A program made the translations under genes and the position numbers. Of a stretch of DNA of 64,000 nt, positions 18,976 to 29,019 are shown one piece after another. Under the pieces are notes generated by a model. That model did not search any database. It saw only the letters and a list, made by a program, of their open reading frames with translations, and was not told the origin of the DNA. This stretch comes from Nitrosopumilus sp. (lineage in GTDB: Archaea; Thermoproteota; Nitrososphaeria; Nitrososphaerales; Nitrosopumilaceae), in NCBI GenBank assembly GCA_965219345.1, contig OZ244732.1:736001-800000 (forward strand), written 5' to 3'. Position 1 is the first letter of the stretch. Each line of letters opens with the position of its first letter.

Positions 18976-19984
18976 ACTTTTGATGTATATTTTCAGATAA
19001 AAGGCTAGGAAATAACTAAGAAATACACAAGATTTGATGCAAATCTCCCTCCATTTCAGAGTTAAAACATACAAAGTATCATAGAATTATACTGAAAATT
19101 CTATGAAATAATCATGTGAAAAATAAGAAAATTATTTTTCTAACACTGTATTAATTTGTTTGAATAATTCTTCAAATTTTTTACAGGTATTATCAGAAAT
19201 TTTCTTTTCCGAGGATTGTTTAGCAATCCAATCAATTATGACATTACCTACTTTCCATTTTTCTAGATTATCATATCCTTGTCGTTTAAACAAGGCCTCA
19301 ACTCTATTTACAATGGGAATAATTTTTTCTTCATCACTATTGAATTCAATTTTGTATTTGGGATATGCACTTTTTACGGCCTCTATGTAAAGTGAATCTT
19401 CAAAAAAATCTTCAATCTCAGATTTTTCTTTTCCAGTAAAATTATCAACAATTAGACTATTTACCAATAGTTTTTCTTTTAGTGTTTTCTCTTTTTGTAA
19501 TCCTGGTTGATCTCCATCCAACAAAACAGTAATTTTGATATCATTTCCAACAAGCATACTTGCCAAAGGCATCAAATGACTAGTACCACCAGCAGGAGAA
19601 ATTACAATATCTTCATGTATAGTTGACATTTTTTGTCGGGAAAGTAATTCATTTATTGCTTTGAGAAATAAATAATCAGTTAGTCCCTCAACCACAAGCT
19701 GAAATTTTGAATAGAATAATGTTTGTGCAAGAGAATATCCTAATCCAGCCTGTAATGGAAATAAAGAGTCTCGGTCTTTAGACCAAACATCGTCAGAAAC
19801 TTTGATAACTCCAAAATTAGATTCATCCTCATATACAATTTTGACATTTTCTAGATGATCCCCATCAATCATGAATGGAGAATGAGTTGTGTAAAGAAGT
19901 TGATTTTCATTGGATATTCTATTTAGAAACTCAACTGTTTTCTGTTGTGCAGTTCCATGAAACTGCATACCAGGTTCATCCAAT

Positions 19985-21028
19985 TGTAATATACCGAAAT
20001 CATTTCGCCTGGTCATTTATGTCCTCCCCCATCCATTTCGGGTGGGTTTTCCTGATCGCGTCAGTGGCCTTTTTGTCCGAGAACGCCCTCAGCGGCGTCT
20101 GGTGGTTGTGGATGTCAAGGGAGAAGTGCAGCCTTCTCTCGTTGTAGTATTCCATGTACGCAGACAGGCTCTCGTAGTGAAATATCTCGTCCTCTATGCT
20201 GCGGTGGAACCTCTCAAGCTTCCCGTTTGTCTGGGGATGGTACGGCCTGGAGTTTATCAGCTCGATGCCGCAGTCGAGCAGCTCTGCCTCAAAGGCAGTG
20301 GCCTTCCACGTCTTCTTTGGCGTCTTTCTGCCTCCGCGTCCCACAAAGCACGAGCCGTTATCAGATAGTATGGCCGCAGGCGTGCCAAATCTCCTGATTG
20401 CCTTTCTGAGTACCGTTACTGCGTTCTCGGATGTGGCCTGCGTGAAGACCTGCGAGGCCACGACGCACCTTGAGGCGTCATCAAGATACGTGACTAGCTG
20501 GAGCCCCCTGAATCGGGGATCCTTCATCTCGTGCCAGTCCACATGCCACATGGCGTTGGAATACCTGCGCTCGTAGCGCACCCACTTTCGCCTCCGTGAC
20601 CCTGCATCGGAGTGGACCACCATGCCGTTCTCCTTCATTATCCGGTATACGCGCCTGTAGCTTATATTGTGACTTGCCTGCAGGTCGAGGGTCGTGCGTA
20701 CGACCCCTACTTTCTGTCCGGCGTATGCGTCCAGAACCGCCCGTGTCTCGCCTGGCGTAGGCAGTACCTGCCTTCTTCCCGGACTGCGCTGTACGTGGTG
20801 CACGCCAGTCCTGCGAAACTCCGCCCACAGCTGCTGGATGCGCCTCTGCGTCACCTTGAGCTCAGCTGCAATGTCTGCAGTGGGCCTCCCCTTCTGGCAC
20901 CGGGATATGGCGTACCGGATCTGCCTTTCCGTAAGCTTGATCTTCATCCGTTTTGCTGATCGGTACAGCCTAAGGTAATCCTTTGCAAGCCTCCTAAAAG
21001 TGAGGCGAAATGATTTCGGTACAATACA
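19985..21028 (-). mobile_element. IS481-family insertion sequence with 15-bp target-site duplication
   Basis: TGT...ACA ends with TIR core accgaaatcatttcgcct; CCAGGTTCATCCAAT duplicated at 19970-19984 and 21029-21043. Confidence 0.92.
20000..20947 (-). CDS. IS481-family transposase (rve integrase core)
   Basis: WHVDW, YLDDASR, ILSDNGSCF, SRPYHPQTNGKLERFH, YNERRLH. Confidence 0.93.
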   Translation of the reverse strand: MKIKLTERQIRYAISRCQKGRPTADIAAELKVTQRRIQQLWAEFRRTGVHHVQRSPGRRQVLPTPGETRAVLDAYAGQKVGVVRTTLDLQASHNISYRRVYRIMKENGMVVHSDAGSRRRKWVRYERRYSNAMWHVDWHEMKDPRFRGLQLVTYLDDASRCVVASQVFTQATSENAVTVLRKAIRRFGTPAAILSDNGSCFVGRGGRKTPKKTWKATAFEAELLDCGIELINSRPYHPQTNGKLERFHRSIEDEIFHYESLSAYMEYYNERRLHFSLDIHNHQTPLRAFSDKKATDAIRKTHPKWMGEDINDQAK

Positions 21029-21180
21029 CCAGGTTCATCCAATAACAAAATAGAATTTGCATGTTCTCCTTTGGCTTCAACCAAGAATATCAAATAAAAC
21101 GAAAAGAAATATTGCATACCTGCACTTCGTTGATCGAGCTCAATTTCACTCGGATCTAAATCATCAGAAACCCATACTCT

Positions 21181-21308
21181 GGTTCTGGAAGATTCTGATG
21201 ATCTGATGAAATATGGGATTATTTTATGCCTGAATTAATTGAAAATATCACATTATGAACCCTGCTGTTAAAATTTGGTGATCTTGATCACTATTTTTTA
21301 CCAGAACC
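21181..21308 (-). mobile_element. 128-bp IS6-type MITE, copy 2 (inverted)
   Basis: reverse complement of 8928-9055; followed by ATAATGCC, the reverse complement of GGCATTAT that follows copy 1. Confidence 0.88.
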
Positions 21309-21380
21309 ATAATGCCTAATATTTTATGCATAAAACCAATGCATTGAATCTATAATAGATGCAAAACCCAATTAATAACC

Positions 21381-23144
21381 GTGAATTCAAGCCTAGAAAA
21401 TTCCATCTATTCTTTGAATTCTGTAGCAATGGGAGACAAAAAAGCCGATCTTGTTTTAAAAAATTGTAATTTGTTGTCAGTCTATACCAAAGAAATCATT
21501 CCAAAAACTCAGATTGCAATAATTAATGATAGGATTGCATATGTTGGTCCAAATGCAGCACATACACTAGGTCCAAAAACAATAGTCATTGATGTAGAGA
21601 ACAAATACGCAAGTCCAGGCTTTGCAGATCCTCATTTACATATTGACCAATTTGTATTGCCGTCTGAATTTGGAAAAAAGGCACTTCTATGCGGCGTAAC
21701 TTCTCTTTTTTCTGATCCAATTGATATTGTTAGTGTTACAGGTTACAAAGGTTTTCAAGAGTTTCTCAAACTTGGAGAAGACTTACCAATAAGAATTTTC
21801 CAAGTAGTTCCTGGAGGCCTTCCTGTTGATGAAAAATTTAGTAACAGTAAAACTCTCTCATTATCGCAAGAAAAATCTGCGGTAAAACATCCTCATGTTC
21901 TTGGCTTGGGAGAAGTTTTTTCATGGACTAAAGTTACTCAGCGTGAACCTAAAACAATGAAATCACTTTCAACAATGTTGGAGTGCGATTGCATAATTAA
22001 CGGACATACTGCAGGCATAAGTGAAAAAAAACTCAACGCTTACGTTTCATCGGGGATACTCTCTTGCCACGAACCAATTAATTTTGATCAAGTATTGGAT
22101 AGATTGCGTCTTGGAATGTGGGTAATGATTAGAGAGGGTTCTATAAGACGTGATTTGAAGGAAATCATCCCTCATATTTTGTCTCACGGAACATACCTCA
22201 ATCGTTTAATGTTTTGTTCTGATGGCCTTGATCCATTAGATGTTACAAAATTTGGTCACATTGATCACTGCATCAGAGAATCAATCAAACTTGGTCTGCA
22301 ACCATTGGATGCAATTACTATGGCGTCCAAGAATAATTTTGACTATTACAATATGGGAAAAGATCTTGGTGGGATTGCACCTGGAAAATTAGCAGATATT
22401 CTTATTTTCAATGATTTGAAATCATTCAAACCAACTAAAGTCTTTGTGGGAGGAAAACTTGTAGTCTCACACGGAAGTGTCGTGTCTCATTTCAAGAAAA
22501 AAGTAATACCACCTTGGATTAAAAAAACTGTTAAACTAAAAAAGTTCTCAGAAAATGATTTTCTTGTAAAATCAAAAAAGAAAGATGTTCTTGCAAACAC
22601 CATCTATATGCAAACTGAAATCATTACCAAGATTGGTTCGACTGAACTACGTGCAAAAGATGGCCATGTCTCTGCCTCGTTTGATGCTGATATATGGAAA
22701 GTTGCAGCATTTGATAGAACTCATGGAACAAATCGACATTCCATTGGGTTTCTCGAAAACTTTGGGGCTGATATTGGCGCCTTTGCTTCTACTTGGAGTT
22801 TTCATGAAAATGATCTGATAGTACTAGGTTCTGATGATTCTGATATGGCAATTGCTTCTAATCATATTATCAAGAATCAGGGAGGACTTGTTGTAGTCAA
22901 GTCTGGCAAAATTTTAGCTTCTTTACCTTTACAATTTGGAGGAATTGTTTCAACAGATTCTTTTGAAAAGGTTTCATCAAATTTTCAAGACATCATTAGC
23001 TCTGTTGTAGATTCAGGATGTAAATTTACTAGACCTCATCTTATTCCTTTGTTCCTACCTTTCTTGGCTTTACCATCTGTTAGAATTCTCTCAGGTGGAA
23101 TTGTTGATGTGAAAAAACGAAGTTATATCGAGCCGATCAACTAA
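21381..23144 (+). CDS. ade: adenine deaminase
   Basis: PGFADPHLHI, GLGEV, NGH, SCHE, IREGS, FCSDG, GGIAPGKLADI. Confidence 0.9.
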   Translation: MNSSLENSIYSLNSVAMGDKKADLVLKNCNLLSVYTKEIIPKTQIAIINDRIAYVGPNAAHTLGPKTIVIDVENKYASPGFADPHLHIDQFVLPSEFGKKALLCGVTSLFSDPIDIVSVTGYKGFQEFLKLGEDLPIRIFQVVPGGLPVDEKFSNSKTLSLSQEKSAVKHPHVLGLGEVFSWTKVTQREPKTMKSLSTMLECDCIINGHTAGISEKKLNAYVSSGILSCHEPINFDQVLDRLRLGMWVMIREGSIRRDLKEIIPHILSHGTYLNRLMFCSDGLDPLDVTKFGHIDHCIRESIKLGLQPLDAITMASKNNFDYYNMGKDLGGIAPGKLADILIFNDLKSFKPTKVFVGGKLVVSHGSVVSHFKKKVIPPWIKKTVKLKKFSENDFLVKSKKKDVLANTIYMQTEIITKIGSTELRAKDGHVSASFDADIWKVAAFDRTHGTNRHSIGFLENFGADIGAFASTWSFHENDLIVLGSDDSDMAIASNHIIKNQGGLVVVKSGKILASLPLQFGGIVSTDSFEKVSSNFQDIISSVVDSGCKFTRPHLIPLFLPFLALPSVRILSGGIVDVKKRSYIEPIN

Positions 23145-23187
23145 GTAATGTTAAAAAGGGGGATTCATGGGACTGATGCTGAATCCA

Positions 23188-24816
23188 ATGGCATCAATTC
23201 AACAAGGACCAAATGGACCTGTTTTAGTTCTCAAAGAGAGCGCATTACAGCAAAAAGGTAAAGATGCTCAACAAAATAATATTGCTGCAGCAAAACTAGT
23301 TGCAGAGTTAGTCAGAAGCAGTCTTGGACCGCGAGGTCTTGATAAGATGCTAGTTGATTCTTTAGGTGATGTGACTATCACGAATGATGGCGCTACAATT
23401 CTAAAAGAAATTGACGTTCAGCACCCAGCAGCCAAAATGATGGTTGAAATCGCCAAAACAGTAGATAACGAAGTGGGTGACGGTACAACTTCTTCTGTTA
23501 TTTTTGGAGGAGCGTTATTAGCAAAAGCAGAGGAATTGCTCAAAAAAGAGGTCCATTCTTCAACCATTGTTGAGGGTTATCAGACAGCTGCTGAAAAAAC
23601 TCTTGAAATTTACTCACAATTGTCAAAAAAAGTTCAACCTGGTGATAAAGAATCTCTTCTCAAAATTGCGACAACTAGTATGCAATCGAAATTAATTTCT
23701 GAAGACAGTGGAATTCTATCAAAAATTGTGGTTGATGCAATTCTTAGTATTGCGACCAAAAAAGGTGATAACCATACTGTTGATCTTGAAAATATTAAAG
23801 TTGAAAAGAAAGCAGGAAGTTCAATTCAAGACACGCAAATTGTGAAGGGTATTGTTTTAGATAAAGAAATTGTTCATAGTGGAATGCCTACAAGAATTGA
23901 AAAAGCAAGAATTGCATTAATAAATTCAGCACTAGAAATTGAAAAAACTGAAATGAGTTCTGAAATTAGAATTACTGATCCAACTCAAATGCAAATGTTC
24001 TTGGAAGAAGAGAATCGAATGCTAAAGACTATGGTTGACAAATTACATGACGTTGGTGTTAATGTCTTGATTTGTCAAAAAGGAATAGATGATATCTCAC
24101 AACACTATCTTGCAAAACATGGTATTATGGCAGTTCGTCGTGTCAAAGAAAGTGATATGACTAAACTTTCTAAAGCTACAGGTGGACGTGTAATCAATAA
24201 TCTAGATGATCTTTCAGAGAAAGACCTTGGTTCTGCTAATCTGGTTCATCAAAAGAAAGTTGAATCTGACAAATGGGTGTTCATTGAGGGATGCAAACAT
24301 CCACAATCAGTCACTTTGCTAATCCGTGGTGGTTCTCAAAGAGTGATTGATGAAGTCGATCGTTCAATTCATGATGCTCTAATGGTAGTAAAAGACGTAA
24401 TTGAAAAGCCTGAAATTGTTGCAGGTGGAGGTGCACCTGAGTCATTTGCAGCCTCACAACTCAAGGATTGGGCTGACAATTTTGATGGAAGAGAACAACT
24501 TGCAATCAAAAAATATGCTGAAGCATTAGAAACAATTCCGTTAACTATTGCTGAAAATGCAGGAATGGATCCAATTGACACAATGGCTAATCTCAGAGCA
24601 AAACAAAACCAAGGTCGTAAATGGACTGGTATTGATGCTAGAAACACAAAGATCGCTGATATGTTAGCGATTGATGTTGTAGAACCAATTGCAGTAAAAG
24701 AACAGATTATCAAATCTGCAACAGAAGCAGCATGTATGATTCTCAGAATAGATGATGTAATTGCTATTTCTGGAGGTCCGGGTGGCGGCGGTGGCGGTAT
24801 GCCCCCAATGGGATAA
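23188..24816 (+). CDS. thermosome subunit (group II chaperonin)
   Basis: [42 protein letters not shown] tail. Confidence 0.96.
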   Translation: MASIQQGPNGPVLVLKESALQQKGKDAQQNNIAAAKLVAELVRSSLGPRGLDKMLVDSLGDVTITNDGATILKEIDVQHPAAKMMVEIAKTVDNEVGDGTTSSVIFGGALLAKAEELLKKEVHSSTIVEGYQTAAEKTLEIYSQLSKKVQPGDKESLLKIATTSMQSKLISEDSGILSKIVVDAILSIATKKGDNHTVDLENIKVEKKAGSSIQDTQIVKGIVLDKEIVHSGMPTRIEKARIALINSALEIEKTEMSSEIRITDPTQMQMFLEEENRMLKTMVDKLHDVGVNVLICQKGIDDISQHYLAKHGIMAVRRVKESDMTKLSKATGGRVINNLDDLSEKDLGSANLVHQKKVESDKWVFIEGCKHPQSVTLLIRGGSQRVIDEVDRSIHDALMVVKDVIEKPEIVAGGGAPESFAASQLKDWADNFDGREQLAIKKYAEALETIPLTIAENAGMDPIDTMANLRAKQNQGRKWTGIDARNTKIADMLAIDVVEPIAVKEQIIKSATEAACMILRIDDVIAISGGPGGGGGGMPPMG

Positions 24817-24856
24817 GTTTTAGTTAAAACTTAAGCCTCATAATTTTCATAAATTA

Positions 24857-25726
24857 TTGTTGTACAAAATTGGTGTTGATTTAGGTGGCACTAAAACAGA
24901 GGCTATCCTACTTGATGAAAATCTAAATGTTTTAGAGAGAAAAAGGATTTCAACTGCACAAAATGATTATAAAGAAATTATCAATGATATCTCATCCTTG
25001 GTCTTAGAAATATCTGTAAATATTTCTGATTTTTCTTTGGGTGTTTGTACACCCGGTGCAATTTCTAAACAAACTGGATTAATTAAAAATAGTAACACAC
25101 AATGTTTGATTGGAAAATCACTCAAAGAAGATTTAGCAAATAAACTAGGAAAAAAAATATCGATAGAAAACGATGCTAATTGCTTTGCAATGGCCGAAGC
25201 TAAAATGGGTGTTGCAAATGGATTTGGTGTAGTCTTTGGAGTGATTATGGGAACTGGTGTTGGTGGCGGGATTGTAATTGATGGAAAACTTCATCCTGGC
25301 AGAACTAATATTGGAGGAGAATGGGGACATCATGCCTTACACCGCAATGGAAATTCTTGTTATTGTGGTAAAAATGGATGCGTAGAGACCTACATCAGTG
25401 GCCCTTCATTGGAAAAACAATGGACACAACTAACTGGAAAAACCCAGACTCTTCCTGAAATCCTTTCTAACATTGATAGTGAGATTGGTCAAAAATGGAA
25501 AGATGAATTTTTAGAAAACTTTGGATATGGTCTTGCAAATGTCATAGACATCTTAGATCCTGATGTAATAGTTTTGGGTGGTGGTTTGTCGAATATTGAT
25601 TTTTTGTATACTGAAGGAAAAAAATCAGTTTACAACAAAGTCTTTTCAGATTCAGTTGATACTCCAATCCTGAAAAACAAATTGGGTGATTCTGCAGGAG
25701 TATTTGGTGCAGCACTTCTTACTTAG
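24857..25726 (+). CDS. ROK family sugar kinase
   Basis: GVDLGGTK, ENDANC, GTGVGGG, GEWGH, CYCGKNGCVE. Confidence 0.92.
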   Translation: MLYKIGVDLGGTKTEAILLDENLNVLERKRISTAQNDYKEIINDISSLVLEISVNISDFSLGVCTPGAISKQTGLIKNSNTQCLIGKSLKEDLANKLGKKISIENDANCFAMAEAKMGVANGFGVVFGVIMGTGVGGGIVIDGKLHPGRTNIGGEWGHHALHRNGNSCYCGKNGCVETYISGPSLEKQWTQLTGKTQTLPEILSNIDSEIGQKWKDEFLENFGYGLANVIDILDPDVIVLGGGLSNIDFLYTEGKKSVYNKVFSDSVDTPILKNKLGDSAGVFGAALLT

Positions 25727-25758
25727 TTATTCAGAATATTCTTACTGATCAAAACTAA

Positions 25759-26121
25759 TCAATAGTATTCATTTTTGATTTTCAAAATCTTATCAACGAT
25801 TTCAATTACGTCTGAATCTAATTCTGTGCTAATCAAAATCAATCCAGCTCCTCCAATAGGTACAGTAACCCGATAAATTTTTTCATATTTTGCTAATGCA
25901 AAAATAGGTCTTCCAATTTTTTCTACTGTTTTTTTACGTGTAGACCATCGATAAATTGCTTGAGATAATGACAATTCAGTTTCTTCTTTTGATAAATGAC
26001 TCTTTAATCCAGGTCTCATCTTGTCATAAAGTTCCCCATAATCATATACCCCTACATATCTGATTTTTTTATCACATTCAAGAATTTTATCACAAATTTT
26101 TTTGTATTCCAAATTTATCAC
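25759..26121 (-). CDS. roadblock/profilin-like hypothetical protein (thaumarchaeal family)
   Basis: CDKIL..DKKIRYVGV...YEKI..LISTE pattern. Confidence 0.65.
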   Translation of the reverse strand: MINLEYKKICDKILECDKKIRYVGVYDYGELYDKMRPGLKSHLSKEETELSLSQAIYRWSTRKKTVEKIGRPIFALAKYEKIYRVTVPIGGAGLILISTELDSDVIEIVDKILKIKNEYY

Positions 26122-27644
26122 TACTGTGGCTCAATTGTTGCAGGAGGTTTACTTGAAATGGTATAAGTCACCCATGTGACATCTTCAATTTCATTTGTTA
26201 TTTTATTACTCATTTTTTCTAAAAGACCTTGCGGGAGTCTTGTCCAGTCTGCAGTCATCGCATCTATCGAATCTACGACTCTAATCATTACTATATTTCC
26301 ATATCTTCGTTCATCACCAACAATACCTACTGCTTTGTCATCTCCAACTGCAGCATAAGCTTGCCACACTTTATCATACAAATCCGCCTCCATCAATTCA
26401 TCTTCAACAATTTTACTTGCTACCTTGGCAATATGTAATTTTTTTGGAGTAACCTCCCCAATTATCCTAACAGCTAGTCCCGGACCAGGAAATGGATGTC
26501 TCATGAAAAGTTTCTCTGGAACGTTTAGAATTTTCGCAATCTTTCTTACTTCATCTTTATACAAGTCTCTTAACGGTTCCAAAATTTCCAAATTGAGCCA
26601 ATCTGGTAACCCTCCTACATTGTGATGAGATTTAATTACAGATGCCGGTCCCTTCGAAACTCCGCTTTCAATCACATCAGGATAAAGTGTACCTTGAGCT
26701 AACCATTTGAAAGGACCATCTTTTTCAGAAAATTCAGTAAAAACACGAATAAATTCCTCTCCTACAATCTTTCTTTTTTCCTCAGGATCTTCTATTCCTT
26801 TGAGTTTTCCCAGAAATTCATCAGCTGCATTAACCGCTGTAAAGTTTAACTTGAAATTATCTTTGAACATCTCCTCGATTTCTGTTTCTTCGTTTAGTCG
26901 TAGCAAACCGTTATTTACAAAAACACATTTGAGCTTATCTCCAATTGCTTTGTGAATTAGTAGTGCAGCTACGGTAGAATCTATGCCTCCGCTGACTCCA
27001 CAAAGTACATTTCCTTCTATTTTTGAAATCTTTTCCACAATTGTATCTATGAATCCCTCCATAGTCCAATCTTGTTTGGCACCGCATACTTTCAAAACAA
27101 AATTCTTAAGAATTTCAGTACCTTGTTCTGTATGCACCACTTCCGGATGAAATTGAATTCCATAGATTGATTTTTCCTCTGATGCAATTGCAGCAGCTTT
27201 TGCGCTTTCTGTATGTCCTATCACTTGAAATCCAGGTGGAATTTCTTCTGCCTCATCACCATGACTCATCCATGCTCTGACTGACTCTCCTACATTACTT
27301 AGAAGATCTTTATCGTTATCAATTGTAAGCAAAGACGAACCATATTCTTTGTTTGCTCTTTTTATTTTACCACCATATTTGTTTACGATTAATTGATGTC
27401 CATAACAAATTCCAAGTAGAGGTAAATTCATATCAAAAATTTTATTTTCTGGAACTGGAGCATCTGAATTATAAACACTTGATGGACCACCAGAAAAAAT
27501 TATTCCCTTTGGATTATGTTTTTGTAATTCTTCATAACTGATATCAAAAGGAACAAGTTCTGCATAAACCGAAAATTCTCTAATTCTTCTACAGATCAAA
27601 TGACTGTACTGCGACCCAAAATCTAAAACTACAATTTTGTCCAT
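26121..27644 (-). CDS. guaA: GMP synthase (glutamine-hydrolysing)
   Basis: LDFGSQY, GICYGHQ, QFHPEV, SGGIDS, IKSHHNVGGLP, SKPPATIE. Confidence 0.96.
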   Translation of the reverse strand: MDKIVVLDFGSQYSHLICRRIREFSVYAELVPFDISYEELQKHNPKGIIFSGGPSSVYNSDAPVPENKIFDMNLPLLGICYGHQLIVNKYGGKIKRANKEYGSSLLTIDNDKDLLSNVGESVRAWMSHGDEAEEIPPGFQVIGHTESAKAAAIASEEKSIYGIQFHPEVVHTEQGTEILKNFVLKVCGAKQDWTMEGFIDTIVEKISKIEGNVLCGVSGGIDSTVAALLIHKAIGDKLKCVFVNNGLLRLNEETEIEEMFKDNFKLNFTAVNAADEFLGKLKGIEDPEEKRKIVGEEFIRVFTEFSEKDGPFKWLAQGTLYPDVIESGVSKGPASVIKSHHNVGGLPDWLNLEILEPLRDLYKDEVRKIAKILNVPEKLFMRHPFPGPGLAVRIIGEVTPKKLHIAKVASKIVEDELMEADLYDKVWQAYAAVGDDKAVGIVGDERRYGNIVMIRVVDSIDAMTADWTRLPQGLLEKMSNKITNEIEDVTWVTYTISSKPPATIEPQ

Positions 27645-27648
27645 GTTA

Positions 27649-28224
27649 TCACTTGTTGGTATTTTCAAGCATTCGCGTTAATGACCATCCTGCTGTATTG
27701 ATTAGCTTATTTACTCTTTCTTTTTGTCTGTAGTTTTTGATAATAATTTCTCTTATCTCTGTTCCATTTTTGTTTATAATGTAATTAATAATTGATTCTT
27801 TTTGGATTTTTCCATTTTCTGCTTCCACAACATCCTTCTTTTTCATTTCTCCAATAATTCTATCTAAAAAGAATGATTTGAAGGGTGGGGTATCATCACT
27901 AATCTCAATCTCATCATCTAAAACTATGGAAACTTGTTCTGGTGTGACGAATGCATTGGCAATTACTTTACCATCACTTGCTCTTTTAATTGGAATTGAA
28001 TTATCTGCAGGTTTTTCTCTAATCTCTATTTTGTTTTGAATTTCCACTTTTTTTGTGGTTTCTAACTCTGAGGCTTTTGTAAAACTAGAATCCTTTAAGA
28101 ATAAATCCAAAATCATGATATTTTTTTCTAACATTTCTATGGATTCTTGGTGTTTGTCAATTTGCTCGATCAAACTTTCCTTCAAAGTAACAATGTCTTT
28201 CACTTGCTCCTCTGAGAATCTCAT
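27649..28224 (-). CDS. conserved hypothetical protein
   Basis: 191-aa ORF co-oriented with guaA. Confidence 0.7.
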   Translation of the reverse strand: MRFSEEQVKDIVTLKESLIEQIDKHQESIEMLEKNIMILDLFLKDSSFTKASELETTKKVEIQNKIEIREKPADNSIPIKRASDGKVIANAFVTPEQVSIVLDDEIEISDDTPPFKSFFLDRIIGEMKKKDVVEAENGKIQKESIINYIINKNGTEIREIIIKNYRQKERVNKLINTAGWSLTRMLENTNK

Positions 28225-28259
28225 AATTTGATAAATGTGGGATGGGTATTAAATGCATT

Positions 28260-28997
28260 CTAGGTGATTATAACATCTACATCTTTGTATGATATTTTTT
28301 TAAACCCATTAATTGGCTTTGATGTGGTAAACAATTCTGATTTTGTAATAGTTGACAGCCATTCTAAAAGTGATTTTCCTTTATTTAATTTCATTAATTT
28401 TATTTTTCTTTCTGATTTTTTTGTATTTGAAAATTTTCCAATCTGATCTCCAAAATCCATTCCAAATAAAATAATTTTTTTTGCACCATAATGATTAGCC
28501 AGAAAAACTCCTCTGTCTCCGTCTGTAAATCCCCCAAAATTTTGTATTTTACTAAAAGGTTTTGATTGAGTCGTTCCGATACAATTTTTGAATTTTTTTG
28601 AAAACTCTAGTTTTTCTATGTTATCTCCATGTGCATGTACTACAAAAATCGATTTTGTTTTTGCAATTTTTTTTAACGTATTTTTATCTCCATCTAAATC
28701 AGTTATGACAATATCTGGAATAATTCCATTCCCTACTAATGGTTTAACTGAACTATCTGCAGCAATTTTTACCGATTTTTTAAAATTTTTTAATTTTGGA
28801 ATAGCAGTTGATAGCGAAGGTCCAGAACCTATCACAAAAACGGTTTTTCCTTTAACTAAATTGAAAATTTTTTCATCAATATCTGATTTTTTTAAAATTG
28901 AATTTAAAAGAATAGCAGACTCGTTATCCTTTTTTTCACTATAGTTGAATTCTTTCAAAATATCTGAATATCTCTTTTTCCAACCTGAAATTATCAT
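28260..28997 (-). CDS. mptE: 6-hydroxymethyl-7,8-dihydropterin pyrophosphokinase (MptE/DUF115)
   Basis: GSGPSL, AADS, VITDLDG, VHAHGDN, NFGGFTDGDR; divergent from folP. Confidence 0.85.
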   Translation of the reverse strand: MIISGWKKRYSDILKEFNYSEKKDNESAILLNSILKKSDIDEKIFNLVKGKTVFVIGSGPSLSTAIPKLKNFKKSVKIAADSSVKPLVGNGIIPDIVITDLDGDKNTLKKIAKTKSIFVVHAHGDNIEKLEFSKKFKNCIGTTQSKPFSKIQNFGGFTDGDRGVFLANHYGAKKIILFGMDFGDQIGKFSNTKKSERKIKLMKLNKGKSLLEWLSTITKSELFTTSKPINGFKKISYKDVDVIIT

Positions 28998-29019
28998 ATA
29001 ACTCAAATTGCCTTAGTTT

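Larger units (their letters stand above)
19132..21180 (-). pseudogene. OLD-family ABC-ATPase/TOPRIM nuclease, interrupted by IS481 and 5'-truncated by the MITE
   Basis: RSAGMQYF signature, ILLLDEPG Walker B (duplicated by the TSD), YTTHSPFMI, LVVEGLTD and LLDGD TOPRIM motifs, EIED. Confidence 0.85.
8918..21350. mobile_element. genomic island 1 flanked by 10-bp direct repeat GCATTGAATC
   Basis: GCATTGAATC at 8918-8927 and 21341-21350; accessory and IS content between rpl44e and adenine deaminase. Confidence 0.7.

Noticed and set aside
21309-21338. Xer/dif-like site at the island right border
   Set aside because: The inverted arms ATGCCTAA/TTATGCAT are separated by 4 bp rather than 6, and no recombinase is present.
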